DNA of 63,608 nucleotides, filler included, from Octopus bimaculoides (lineage: Eukaryota), in assembly GCF_001194135.2 (NCBI RefSeq). It is 9 parts of 8 records of this genome, joined end to end, with 100 filler letters (N's around TTAATTAATTAA, not from the genome) between each part and the next. Parts side by side here need not be neighbours in the genome. Positions count along the whole stretch, not along the records: positions 1 to 4,329 come from NC_068999.1; positions 4,430 to 7,895 come from NW_026419062.1; positions 7,996 to 20,409 come from NC_069000.1; 6 more parts are not named here. One strand, written 5' to 3'. The stretch's first letter is position 1. Every line of letters begins with the position of its first letter. Under the pieces are notes generated by a model. The model was not told the DNA's origin and did no database searches. It worked only from the letters and a program-made list of their open reading frames with translations. Positions 1 through 12,627 of this stretch are shown in pieces. The translations under genes and the position numbers were made by a program.

Positions 1-152
1 ATATATGTGTGTGTAAATAAACTAGGGGAAAATCAAGTGAAATACGTAAAGAACGAGAAAAATGGAAAACAGGATTAGTTCGCATCGTGAGCTGTTGACC
101 GCCTGTCTTCTCAGCATTTCGACAACATGAGTCGTCAAACTCATTTGCTATC
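1..152 (-). CDS. candidate coding exon (IANEFDDSCCRNAEKTGGQQLTMRTNPVFH...)
   Basis: Acceptor tttcattttagaatttag| followed by a frame open to the window edge. Phase-compatible with a GTAAAC donor near 531. No homology recognised. Confidence 0.25.
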
Positions 153-528
153 CTAAATTCTAAAATGAAATTTAGGATTTATGAAAGGTCAAATTTCCGA
201 AAAAAATGACAGTCGACTTATACAAGGAAATCGAACGAAAAGACACGTGGATGCTCGTTAGTCCAGAACTAGAGGAAAATTGTGAACGCTGGGAGAAACG
301 TTTTTTGTGATAAAAAGAAAAGATAGGAGAGAGATAGAGAGAGAGAAAAACATGTCCGTTCTCATAAGCCTCCTTGCAGGAAAAGAAAGATGGTCACGCG
401 AGGAAAACAAAAATGGACGATGGTCACGTGTGCCCATCGAGAGAGGGAGAGGGAAATAAGTGGAAGGCAGCGAAGGAGTGTGGGAGAAAAAGGGAATTAG
501 AGAGGAATAAAGGTTCCTTTCTCTCTGT

Positions 529-692
529 TTACTTATCTAGCATTCCATTTGGTCGGTTCGATGCTAATTTTGTTTTCTGGGGGTCCGGTGTTGACCAGAA
601 TGTAATTTCCCCCGTTTCATCGATGGTGACGTCAGCGTCTGTGACGTTGTAATGTCTTATTGTACAGTATTGTGGAGTTGGAGTTTTAATCA
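529..692 (-). CDS. candidate coding exon (IKTPTPQYCTIRHYNVTDADVTIDETGEITFWSTPDPQKTKLASNRPNGMLDK*)
   Basis: Acceptor cttcttcag|, then 2 nt + 53 open codons + TAA, in unique, CpG-containing sequence. An alternative donor AA|GTAAAC overlaps the stop. Confidence 0.4.
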
Positions 693-865
693 CTGAAGAA
701 GCGTATTAAACATTTGATTTACATCAATTGCATTTAGACTTTTTTGGTGAATAAATTAAGTTTCCCATTCTGGCGTTTCATTATAGGATATTCAGTTGTG
801 GCTTACCTTTTTTATTGAACGTATTTTCATTATTTAATTGGAGTTCAGTTGAAGTGTTTACTTAC

Positions 866-891
866 TGGCATTTTCCTGGTTATTTCCGGAT
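866..891 (-). CDS. candidate 26-nt microexon (SGNNQENA)
   Basis: tcatag| ... |GTAAGT; ends in phase 1, matching the 692 exon. The acceptor is weak. Confidence 0.25.
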
Positions 892-1781
892 CTATGATAA
901 TGTCAACGTTCCAAGGTGGGTAATGTTCCAAGTATTGTGTTATATAAAGTCGATCACAAACGTTTCAAGGACACTTTATTTTTATTTACAAAGAAATCAA
1001 TTACATCATCAAAAACCATTGACTTTTTTTCCAGCGGAATTAGAATGTAATTCTAAAATTTAACATTTAAGATTTCGCTCTTAAATAATCTATGCTGACA
1101 CTCTAATTTCAGTGACATTTATGATATTAAATATAGAAAGCATTGTGACTGTTTATACCAGAAAGTGTCATAAATTCTGCAACAAACTAAGCTATTCAAA
1201 TCAATGAAAGATGGGGAAAAAGGCCAGGTAATGACATACATTTTCACCGGCGCCATTTTCCAGACAAACAGCATCCAATGCAGGTCATGTAATGATGACA
1301 TACATTAGACACATACACACAGCCATACTGTGTGAACATGTCTACATACACATATACATACATACATACACGTAATGAGAGAGAGAGAAGAGAAGGAAAG
1401 AGAGAGAAATAGCAGCCAATGTATGCTTTTCTTTACAGAAAGAACAAGAATCTTATAATCTCGCTCGACCTGGATACATGTATATATGCAGTGCCCTCGA
1501 AAATGTTTCCTAATATAAGCTTGGAGATCTCCATTCATTGAATAGGTCCGCCACTGCTCCTTGCTATGTCACCACGGCTAAAGTCGATGTAAGGGCGATA
1601 AATCCGTCCCGCCTGCAGTATCCCTACATGAGTATTTTTGTGTTTCCAGTTGCAGAGATGTAACGTGCCTTCGGTCATTCAAACCTGATGGGCCGCCTAT
1701 ACTGCTTAGCGCTTTATCAGTGCAGAACGAATGGTCAATCTAAAACCGCTCATAACATTTAACTTCCTAAAAATACATTAC

Positions 1782-1906
1782 CGCTCAAATTCTTTAGAGT
1801 GTGCTTCTTCTGCGCATATATGAACTACTGACGATAGAGACACGTGGGATGGAGAGTCGGTAAATATGCTGCAGGATGTGTGAGGAAATGTTTCAGACAA
1901 TGGACA
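1782..1906 (-). CDS. candidate 125-nt exon (CPLSETFPHTSCSIFTDSPSHVSLSSVVHICAEEAHSKEFE)
   Basis: Strong acceptor ttatcattattctcatttcag|, a single open frame, donor cg|GTAATG in phase 2. Confidence 0.3.
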
Positions 1907-3075
1907 CTGAAATGAGAATAATGATAAAGCTTAAATGAAGACGAAGAATATAGTACGTATGTTTCTTTGCAAAAAAAAGAAAAAAAAAAGAAAAATGACC
2001 ATAGCCAAATATAATATATTTTTCTACACTCGACTTCAAATCAGGAATCTTAGAAAACAAATGGACAAACGTAAGTGTTCTATGCTTATCAAAACAATTA
2101 CTTAAAACATATATTGGGAAATATGTTAGGCATAAATCCATCGATATAATAATGTTCTTTATCCTTTCTGTCTTTCTCTCCAACATTTTCCCTATTCTTC
2201 TCTTCTCTTCTCCCCATCTCTCTCTCACTATTCCTCCTTGACTCTCGTCGCTGACACGTGACAAAAAGGAATTTGTCTTTCTGTTCATTCCCTTCCTAAA
2301 GAAAAGACGTGCCTTTTCCTGTCTCCTCTCATGGCTCGTCTACCTAGCGTTTATAATAACTTTTCTGTCGTCTTGGCTCAACAGCCCTTACCGTNNNNNN
2401 NNNNNNNNNNNNNNNNNNNNNNNNNNNNNNNNNNNNNNNNNNNNNNNNNNNNNNNNNNNNNNNNNNNNNNNNNNNNNNNNNNNNNNNNNNNNNNNNNNNN
2501 NNNNNNNNNNNNNNNNNNNNNNNNNNNNNNNNNNNNNNNNNNNNNNNNNNNNNNNNNNNNNNNNNNNNNNNNNNNNNNNNNNNNNNNNNNNNNNNNNNNN
2601 NNNNNNNNNNNNNNNNNNNNNNNNNNNNNNNNNNNNNNNNNNNNNNNNNNNNNNNNNNNNNNNNNNNNNNNNNNNNNNNNNNNNNNNNNNNNNNNNNNNN
2701 NNNNNNNNNNNNNNNNNNNNNNNNNNNNNNNNNNNNNNNNNNNNNNNNNNNNNNNNNNNNNNNNNNNNNNNNNNNNNNNNNNNNNNNNNNNNNNNNNNNN
2801 NNNNNNNNNNNNNNNNNNNNNNNNNNNNNNNNNNNNNNNNNNNNNNNNNNNNNNNNNNNNNNNNNNNNNNNNNNNNNNNNNNNNNNNNNNNNNNNNNNNN
2901 NNNNNNNNNNNNNNNNNNNNNNNNNNNNNNNNNNNNNNNNNNNNNNNNNNNNNNNNNNNNNNNNNNNNNNNNNNNNNNNNNNNNNNNNNNNNNNNNNNNN
3001 NNNNNNNNNNNNNNNNNNNNNNNNNNNNNNNNNNNNNNNNNNNNNNNNNNNNNNNNNNNNNNNNNNNNNNNNNNN

Positions 3076-3108
3076 AGAGACATACAAGACCGTCTCCTAT
3101 TAATTAGC
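3076..3108 (-). CDS. candidate exon start running into N gap (LINRRRSCMS)
   Basis: Acceptor tttatttacttgcag| and one open frame. A GTAAGG donor lies just on the other side of the gap (about 2391). Confidence 0.22.
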
Positions 3109-4329
3109 CTGCAAGTAAATAAACCCAGAAGCAGATTATAATTAACGTATATTTCTATGCATGTATGTGTGACAGAGTGTATGTGTGTGTGTTTGTATGT
3201 GCGTGTGTGTATGCTTCTGTGCGTTTCTGTATTGTATGTGTGTGTCCTTCTGTTTAAGTATGAATAGAAAAAGAAATAGTTTAACAGAAAGAAGTTCAAA
3301 TTTTGTTGTGTTTGGGGAGAATCATTCAATTTTAGTGACTATAATCTAACACACGCACGGGTAAAATTTCCACTCATTTCCTTATTTGTTTTTCTAAATT
3401 TTTCTTTGCTTCATGCAACCATTTGAATTATTGTGGACTCTGTCCGTCATCCAAGCTGCGTTCTTTTTGTTTGTTTGTGTGCATGTGTGTGGCTTAGTGT
3501 ATGCGCGCACACACATCTATGTATGTATGCATACATGTAAGTGTGTATGCATGTATGCATGTGTGTGTGCGTATGTATATATATGTGTACGTTTGTATGT
3601 ATGCATTCTGCTTAATCATGTGTTGTTGTTAGTGAGCTCGTGTTTATGTGTTTTGAGAGAGTTTTGAAACACAATCACGTGACAGGTACTTTTCTTTCAA
3701 GAAGTTTTTTTTCTCAAATTCGACTCTATTGTAATCGAGGTTGCAAATTAAATATCTGAATAATTTTCTGTGTTTAACAGTTAATATTCTTTTCTCTGTT
3801 GGATAACATGTCAATGTTTTCCCACACTAATGTCTAATTTGACAATTTTCCATTTTCAAGAAATTACATCCAAATTGGGTCAAAATGACTAATTTTATTT
3901 TGTAATGACTAATTAGTAATGACTAATTTCAATAATGGCGGAGTTTCGGATCAGAACACACACATGTTGTATTTTATCCGTTTTGACGGTGATTCTTCCA
4001 GTTTCTTTTTCACCTTCACCTCGGTCTAATTTTTCTCATCTGCTTCCCTTCTCCTTACCCCCAACCGGAACGAGTTTGGCCATTTTTTTTTTGTAGTACG
4101 CATTTTAAAACAATGGGGAGGAGCCTTTACGGTTGAAAAAATAATTATAGTTTCACAAGAAAAGGTGTGTGAATTAAGGGAGATTTAGCTGTTGTTTCTA
4201 GCATATCCTACGATTACCTTTGTCACAGTCACACATGTTGAAGTGTTTTTTTTTTTATTTTTCCCCCACATAAGCATATTTATGCTATCAAAAAACTTTG
4301 GAAACTTTTGATTTTTTCACACTCCATTG

Positions 4330-4429
4330 NNNNNNNNNNNNNNNNNNNNNNNNNNNNNNNNNNNNNNNNNNNNTTAATTAATTAANNNNNNNNNNNNNNN
4401 NNNNNNNNNNNNNNNNNNNNNNNNNNNNN
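4330..4429. other. 100-bp scaffolding gap linker N44-TTAATTAATTAA-N44
   Basis: The same 12-mer sits inside N runs at 4374, 7940, 20454, 31946, 39086, 49563, 52917 and 61736. It places stops in all six frames and is an assembly artefact. Confidence 0.95.
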
Positions 4430-5335
4430 GTATATATATATATATATATATATATAATGTGGGGTAGATGGATAGATGGCGAGGTATCTGGATCTCGCTA
4501 GGTGTGTTTAGGAGCGGTGCGTGTATATTTAGAAGTGTGTGTTTAACAGAGTGCTGTACGCGGGTGTGTTTGTATATAGAGCGATGTGTGCGTGTATCAA
4601 AGTGTGTATGTGTTTATATTTGTAAAATAACGTGTACGCGAGTGTATGTGTGTATGTAGGTTGGTGTGTGTATATGTATAACAGATGTTGTGTGTATACT
4701 TTGTGTGTGTGTGTGTGTGTGTGTATTTGAACTGTTTGTGTGTAATTAGGGTGGTATTTCTATGTGTATATTCTGGATGGTGTGTGTGCGTATGTATGTG
4801 TACGTGTGTATTTTGTGTGGGAGTGTGTGCATGTATTTGGAATGTTTTAAGTTAGTGTATTCTAAGTGAAGGTGTGATTATGTGTATGTATGTGCGTATT
4901 CCTAATGGTGTGTGTGTGTGTGTGTCGTGTGTTTGTGTGTGTGTCGTGTGTTTGTGCATGTGTGTGCATGTTCACATGTCTGTGTGTTTAGAATCGTTGT
5001 GTGTGTGTGTGTGCACATACAACCGTACACCCACGTCTACATTATATATAGCTGCATCTATTTATATACACTCCATATGCATATTACTATATGAGCATTT
5101 ATATATGTGTATGTGTGTGTATATTTATGTATGTATATTACTATATATATATATATAGTAATAAACATACATGCCTACATATATATATAGAGTGAGAGAG
5201 ATAGATGGCTATATAAAAACAAATATATGTGCAGTTATGTATATCTATATATATATACACACACATATATATATATATTCATATATATATAGTGTGCGTG
5301 TGTAAACACATATGCACACAGACACAGACACACAA

Positions 5336-5390
<55 letters not shown>

Positions 5391-5393
<3 letters not shown>

Positions 5394-5550
5394 GACGGGC
5401 TTCATTCAGTTTCCCTCTACTAAATCCACGCACAATGCTTTGGTCAGCCGGAGACTATAGTAGAATGCACCTGCCGAAGGTTCCACGCAGTGGGACTGAA
5501 CCCGGAACCATGTGGTTGGGAAGCAATTTTCTTACCACACAGCCACGCCG
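5391..5550 (-). mobile_element. SINE family A (tRNA-type head, CORE-like CCTTGGGCAAGT motif), 5' half
   Basis: Reverse complement matches the 5' part of the full copy at 8634-9050. Confidence 0.85.
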
Positions 5551-6346
5551 ACACACATCCTTGGAAACTGCAGCTCCTGGTGTTTAATCCGAGCATATAC
5601 GGTATTTTTGTTGACAACATTATTACGAAAAAGCGGTTTCTGTTGGGTATTTCGAATATATATAAATGTATATACGGCATTCGAATATGGCGTTAAATTT
5701 AACAAACGCTGTGTCTGAATGATAGAGAAAGACCTAACAGAGAGAGAGGATAAGGATGGTATGAAAGCCGAGAGAAAATGAAAGGAGAGAAAACATGAAG
5801 GGAAGCATTACGCATGGTGAAAGGAATACGTGGGAATTGAAACCGTGACAATGCGAATACAATGAAGCAAAGTATAAAATAGTCGAGCGGAAATACATGT
5901 ACTGCATGTAGGGACAGAGAGAGAGAGATAGAGAGAGAGAGGACAGAAGAAACTCGTTTTGTTGATATTGGAACAAAAGTAGTTAGAAGGGTTAGGAGCA
6001 ATAATTCATTGAAATCAAAACCGAAGATAATAGTAAAAGACAAAAAGCAGGCAAAGATAAATGCACATCATCAGCCAAGTTTTCATCCAGTATCATTGTG
6101 ATTTCGGCGATGAAAACATGGAATCGGTCGTCTTGAAGGCGTTGAAGCCAAAAAGATAATAAATAAAAAAAATTTTAAATAAAATAAAATATAATGAAAA
6201 AAAAAAGAAAAACCATGACGGTGATATAAAATATAAAAAACAAAACACGAACAGATACGATGCATTAGCAAATAAAGCCTCCTTCAACTTGAAAGAAACA
6301 GACACACACACATGTAGATATGTAGTTGTCTTCATGTAATAAATAC

Positions 6347-6500
6347 AGAACAGTTTCGTCGCTCTGCGCGCATCTCGAACAATTCTACCTTGCAGTACAT
6401 CCGTGCCTGTAGAGTTTATCTCGAACTGAACAGTGCTCCTCGCTGAATCCTTTTAGCCTCATCCACCACAGCTACTAGACCAGGGGTTCTCATCAAAATT
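6347..6500 (-). mobile_element. Tx1/L1-clade LINE fragment (zf-RVT region), decayed
   Basis: Translates as AL(P)VRDKLYRHGCTAR*NCSRCAQSDETVL, homologous to the 38719-39017 fragment (ALPVRDKLSRHG...CPRC...ETVLH). Confidence 0.65.
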
Positions 6501-8044
6501 TTTTCCTATGAACACCGGATTCCTGTTCTGCCTGGGTGGACACCAATAGCCATTCGATGTTTAGAAAATCTTGTAGCAATTTCATAATTAAATATTATTT
6601 GGGTTTGTATAAAAATTGCTAAATTATTTTGTATATTGTGGACGAATNNNNNNNNNNNNNNNNNNNNNNNNNNNNNNNNNNNNNNNNNNNNNNNNNNNNN
6701 NNNNNNNNNNNNNNNNNNNNNNNNNNNNNNNNNNNNNNNNNNNNNNNNNNNNNNNNNNNNNNNNNNNNNNNNNNNNNNNNNNNNNNNNNNNNNNNNNNNN
6801 NNNNNNNNNNNNNNNNNNNNNNNNNNNNNNNNNNNNNNNNNNNNNNNNNNNNNNNNNNNNNNNNNNNNNNNNNNNNNNNNNNNNNNNNNNNNNNNNNNNN
6901 NNNNNNNNNNNNNNNNNNNNNNNNNNNNNNNNNNNNNNNNNNNNNNNNNNNNNNNNNNNNNNNNNNNNNNNNNNNNNNNNNNNNNNNNNNNNNNNNNNNN
7001 NNNNNNNNNNNNNNNNNNNNNNNNNNNNNNNNNNNNNNNNNNNNNNNNNNNNNNNNNNNNNNNNNNNNNNNNNNNNNNNNNNNNNNNNNNNNNNNNNNNN
7101 NNNNNNNNNNNNNNNNNNNNNNNNNNNNNNNNNNNNNNNNNNNNNNNNNNNNNNNNNNNNNNNNNNNNNNNNNNNNNNNNNNNNNNNNNNNNNNNNNNNN
7201 NNNNNNNNNNNNNNNNNNNNNNNNNNNNNNNNNNNNNNNNNNNNNNNNNNNNNNNNNNNNNNNNNNNNNNNNNNNNNNNNNNNNNNNNNNNNNNNNNNNN
7301 NNNNNNNNNNNNNNNNNNNNNNNNNNNNNNNNNNNNNNNNNNNNNNNNNNNNNNNNNNNNNNNNNNNNNNNNNNNNNNNNNNNNNNNNNGGCGGTGGTGA
7401 ATGTGGTGGTGGCGGCGGAGGGTTTGGTACAGTTGGTGGTGACGGATGAATGACCACGAGAAGTTCAGTGGTGGTCAGTGGAGATAGTGAGGAATGATAT
7501 GGACTGTGTGTGTGAGCGTGTGAGAGAGATTGTGTGTGAGCGAGATTATGTGTGTGTGTGTGTGTGTGTGTGTCCTCAAGTATGATTGGTTGGCATTGGC
7601 AACGATGATGGACAACTGTTGAGAGACTGAAGTACGAATGTGTCTGTAAGAGTACATATAAACGTATCATTACATACACACATTATAAGTATAATTATAT
7701 ATATATATACGTGCGAAATATATATACATATATATATACATGCATATATAAATACACGTATATATACAATATATACATGTATCATGCATAGATACGTAAA
7801 TACAGAGATAATTAGGGGCCAGAAGAGAAGGCATGTGTTTGTGTATATATATATATATATATATACTCACAAATATGCCTTCTCTTTCGCCCTCTNNNNN
7901 NNNNNNNNNNNNNNNNNNNNNNNNNNNNNNNNNNNNNNNTTAATTAATTAANNNNNNNNNNNNNNNNNNNNNNNNNNNNNNNNNNNNNNNNNNNNATATA
8001 TATATACATACATACATACATACATACAGATATACATACACACA

Positions 8045-8420
8045 TCATCGTCGGTTAACTACCGTAGTTCCACGTTGGTCGTTCTGTGAAGTTGCAACAA
8101 AACGCTTTCCCACTGCCAGTAAGATGTTTGCAGACAACCCACCACCAGACTGGCTCTGTGGAATCCGACCCACGTGACAGGTGGGGGTAAATGATTCAAT
8201 AATCGTTGTCGACGCTGTGGATGCGCTGCAGAAACAGATCCTTTGCCAGCTGGCGCACAGCCGTCGTCCGATTTTGCAGATCTTCAACTTGGACGCAGTA
8301 TACTACGTCTTGGCGGTTCTGTACCATCCTGCAGCCGATATATTCACCATATCTGTGGCGCAAGAGACTAAGGGGTTGTCAGAACTTGCCCAAGATGCCA
8401 CTCAAGTCTATGAAGGCAAA
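8045..8420 (-). mobile_element. probable RTE-type LINE 3' end, decayed
   Basis: GC-rich block ending in a gatgatg tail next to (TGTA)n. Weak similarity to the RTE C-terminus. Confidence 0.3.
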
Positions 8421-8490
8421 TAGCAACTTATTTTCCCTTTTATGGCCAGCTTTTAATATATAGCTGCCATACCCTATGATATATAAATAT

Positions 8491-8633
8491 AGGCGCAAGC
8501 GTGGCCGTGTGATAGGAAGCTTGCTCCCCAAATACATACTTCCGGTTTCAGCTCCACTGCGACGTATCTTGGCCAAGTGTCTTCTACTCTAGCTTTGAGC
8601 TAACGAAGACATTTCGTAGACAGAACCTGAAAG
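8491..8633 (+). mobile_element. SINE family A, degenerate 5' half
   Basis: Diverged match to the adjacent full copy. Confidence 0.7.
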
Positions 8634-9050
8634 TGGCTGTGTGGTAAGTAGCTTGTTTACCAACCACATGGTTCCGGGTTCAGTCCTACTGAGTGGCACC
8701 TTGGGCAAGTCCCTTTTACTATTGCCTCGGACCGACCAAAGCATTGTGAGTAGATTTGGTAGACGGAAACTGAAAGAAGCCCGTCGTATATATGTATATG
8801 TATATATATATATATGTGCGTGTGATTGTGTGTCTGTGTTTGTCCTCCCAACAACGTTTGACAACTGATGCTGGTGTGCTTACGTCTCCGTAACTTAGCG
8901 GTTCGGCAAAAGAGAACGATAGACTAAGTACTAGGCTTACAAAGAATAAGTCTTAGGGTCGATTTGCTCGACTAAAGGCATGACCGCAGCATGACTGCAG
9001 CTCCAGCATGACCGAAGTCAAGTGACTGTAATAAGTAAAAGATTAAAAGA
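8634..9050 (+). mobile_element. SINE family A, near full length
   Basis: Head tggtaag..., B-box-like gggttcagtcc, ccttgggcaagt, central TA/TG microsatellite, 3' part ending aagtaaaaga. At least 12 copies occur in the window. Confidence 0.9.
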
Positions 9051-9080
9051 CAAAACTACGTATGTGGGAATGTGTGTTTA

Positions 9081-9112
<32 letters not shown>

Positions 9113-9685
9113 NNNNNNNNNNNNNNNNNNNNNNNNNNNNNNNNNNNNNNNNNNNNNNNNNNNNNNNNNNNNNNNNNNNNNNNNNNNNNNNNNNNNNNNN
9201 NNNNNNNNNNNNNNNNNNNNNNNNNNNNNNNNNNNNNNNNNNNNNNNNNNNNNNNNNNNNNNNNNNNNNNNNNNNNNNNNNNNNNNNNNNNNNNNNNNNN
9301 NNNNNNNNNNNNNNNNNNNNNNNNNNNNNNNNNNNNNNNNNNNNNNNNNNNNNNNNNNNNNNNNNNNNNNNNNNNNNNNNNNNNNNNNNNNNNNNNNNNN
9401 NNNNNNNNNNNNNNNNNNNNNNNNNNNNNNNNNNNNNNNNNNNNNNNNNNNNNNNNNNNNNNNNNNNNNNNNNNNNNNNNNNNNNNNNNNNNNNNNNNNN
9501 NNNNNNNNNNNNNNNNNNNNNNNNNNNNNNNNNNNNNNNNNNNNNNNNNNNNNNNNNNNNNNNNNNNNNNNNNNNNNNNNNNNNNNNNNNNNNNNNNNNN
9601 NNNNNNNNNNNNNNNNNTATGTATATAAGTATATATACATATATATATATGTATATAATTATGTTTATATGCATATAAGTATACA

Positions 9686-9763
<78 letters not shown>

Positions 9764-10473
9764 TATTGCGACCCGCATTCTTTCTTAAGGCAATGCATAT
9801 TACTTCTCTATTCGGAAGAGAAGACCAAGATATTCTAGGATCCATGGATTTCAATGGGTTACCCCTGTCACTTGTACATCCTCTTTATCAGTGATTCATA
9901 GTACAGTTGCGGGCTAGGTGTGATATTTCACAATTGAGAACCCGCCAAATAGCATTACGAAAATATTGACGCTTTGAATGGAGATAAATCCTTATTTCTA
10001 GTCACACAATACAGACTTGAATGTTAAATATCAGATTCCTCATTCCCCAAGGAAATGAATATCAATTATATACTCCATGGACATACTGAATATCAACTAC
10101 ATATTCAGCTTCTTAGTTAAGAGGGACCCAACGTAATTGAGTGATACGCATTTCCGGCGGCAGTAACAGGAATTTCCTAATCATTTTAGGACAAAGAGAC
10201 GTAAATTTCGAGTGACAATCCCAACCAAATCTTTCTAAATCTTAGCTACGAAAATCAATGATATGTACAAACAGTATGTAGAAATAAGCAGCAGATAAGT
10301 GGAGAGAATTCACTTCAACCATTTGTCAAAAATTGCTTTTTTAAGTCTACTATTGAACATTTAACATTTGAATGTCTAATCTCACATTCTCAACCACGAA
10401 CATCACTTCTGTATCCAATCGAATGAAACATAAACTTTTACATATTTGAATGATTTCAGTTTAAGTCATTTAC

Positions 10474-10518
10474 TATGTAAACCGGAAGCACAGCTTCATG
10501 GTTTATTAAATCTGGCGC
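10474..10518 (-). CDS. candidate 45-nt symmetric exon (APDLINHEAVLPVYI)
   Basis: ctctaaattttccag| ... |GTAAAT; only frame 0 is open. Confidence 0.2.
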
Positions 10519-10946
10519 CTGGAAAATTTAGAGTTTTGAGCATCTCAATTGATAATAAATTGTGACTATTACTATAACTTTTTTATAATTTAGGATTTGC
10601 AAATATGCTTCGTTTGATTCTGAAATTCGTTTCTTGTTATGAAATATATTCTGATAACTAAAAAATCACGCACTTATATGTAAAATTGCGCATCAACGGT
10701 ATCTGAAATGAGAATATTCTTTAATACGGTATTTACGCAGGTTTGTTATCCCATCATGTTAAATAAGCATAAACAACACCATGAAGCAGCAAACTAAGAA
10801 TTGATAAACTTTGTAGGCGATGCTATAAAAATGGTAGTCGCAGTATCCTGTGGTCTTGCAGAGTAAAATTTAAATACTTTGATCCGATCGTGAGCTTCAC
10901 GCCCATAAACTTAATACACATCTTCGAGACGACAATGAAAAATATT

Positions 10947-11167
10947 CTTTTCTACTCTAGGCACAAGGCCCGACATTTTTGGGGAGTTGGTGGGGGCCAG
11001 TCGATTATATCGACCCCAGTATGCAAATGGTACTTAATGTATCGACCCCGAAAGGATGAAAGGTAAAGTCGAACTCAGCGGTATTTGAACACAGAACGCA
11101 AAGAGACGAAATAGCGCTAAGCATTTCGCCTGGCGTGCTAACGTTTCTGCCAGCTCACCGCCTTGAC
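10947..11167 (-). mobile_element. SINE family B copy 1
   Basis: Head aaggcggtgagctggcagaa, B-box-like gttcaaat, conserved ctttcatcctttcggggtcgata domain. Confidence 0.9.
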
Positions 11168-11180
11168 AATGAAAAATATT

Positions 11181-11392
11181 CTTTTCTACTCTAGTCAGAA
11201 GGCCCAAAACTTTTCGGGAGGGGGCTAGTTGATTAGTTCGACCCCAGTACGCAAATGGTACTTAATTCATCGTCCCCGAAAGGATGGAAGGTAAAGTCGA
11301 CCTCGGCGGAATTTGAACAAAGAACGCAAAGATAGACGAAATAGCGCTAAGTATTTCGCCCGGCGTGCTAACGTTTCTGCCAGCTCGCCGCC
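11181..11392 (-). mobile_element. SINE family B copy 2 (tandem)
   Basis: Homologous to copy 1; both copies are bounded by AATGAAAAATATT. Confidence 0.9.
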
Positions 11393-11574
11393 AATGAAAA
11401 ATATTAAGAACTCTCTAAGTTACTAAGTGTCTGATTTATCTCTATGTCACTCACCAGTATTCCAAGTAAAAGCGTTAAATTTATCTTAACAGTCCAAATA
11501 CAAAAGAGTATTAGAAAATGACAGAATATTTTGTCAAAATTTAAGGATAGTTTAAAAGTTTTAGAGACATTGGC

Positions 11575-11935
11575 GCAGAGTAAACATCGTGCTTATGAAA
11601 CTCGCTTTGCTGCTACGTGGTTTCGAGTTCAGTCGCGCGGCGGCCCGACCAGTGTCTTGTTAGTGTAATTGTTCGACGGAAACTGTGGAAGCCTATTGAA
11701 CAAATATACATACGTGTGGATACCGTTTATGTTTGTATTTGTCCACTCTACCGTTTCACAATTGATATTGGTTTGTTTGCGTCAAAGTAAAAGTCATGTA
11801 AACACACCAACAAATGAGACCGATAGAATAAGATATTAAAAAATAAATACTGGAATGGATTTATTCGCTTGAAACTCTCCAAGACATTAACCAAGCATTG
11901 CGGCAATCATATGACTGAAACTATAAAAAAGATAA
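11575..11935 (+). mobile_element. SINE family A, old degenerate copy
   Basis: Retains gacggaaactg, gagaccgatagaataag and atgactgaaac blocks. Confidence 0.7.
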
Positions 11936-12601
11936 ACGATACACAGCTTAATCACCATAGTAACAAATCATAGGGTTATCAGCCAGTATTAATGTCCAGC
12001 GATCACAGTAATTTTCGGCAAAACTGGTGAGTATTTTAGAAAGATGTAAATGTTATCTAAATTTATCTTTTTCATATTAAATGAAAACAGTTTCAAAGGT
12101 GGTGTCAGGTGAGATTTTAAAATTAACTATTGATTTGATTGTATTTCGTTTCTTTTTTTTTTCTTCTTGGAAAGTAATCATAGCTATCGCTAAATCATCT
12201 AACATATCTCTTATATCGAAATCTTACAAAAAAAAAAAAAAACCATGCGTTAACTAGGATTATTTGCTAAATGTTTCATTCAACATTTCTGAGCTGGTAT
12301 TAAATATTATTAAAAGAAGAGTAATTCCGAAAGCAAGTCACGTTTGCTTTCGCAGGAACGCTGCAGTTCATCATATTCCTTCAAACTTCTATTTACACGT
12401 GCGTAGCTAATACGTAAGGGTTACTGAAATAAAATGGGAGATATGTAAGGGTACTGCTATTTCTAGCGGGTCGAACGACTGTGTAGAATTTCCGGCTACT
12501 CTACCTGTGATAGAAATATTTAGCGAAATATCACTAGGCACAGCAAGTCGTTAACTTTGTTCGATCTACTCTAATATCGTGCACACCTCTGATATACTTA
12601 C

Positions 12602-12627
12602 TGTAGGTTAACATACATAAGTTCGGT
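12602..12627 (-). CDS. candidate 26-nt microexon (TELMYVNL)
   Basis: cattttcctgtag| ... ca|GTAAGT, with canonical sites on both sides. Confidence 0.3.

Noticed and set aside
1540-1740. GC-rich island as an additional exon
   Set aside because: Open frames exist on both strands, but no consistent donor/acceptor pair fits the neighbouring candidates; left unassigned.
7390-7450. Gly-rich protein end (GGGECGGGGGGFGTVGGDG*)
   Set aside because: Explained by (GGT/GGC)n simple sequence at a gap edge.
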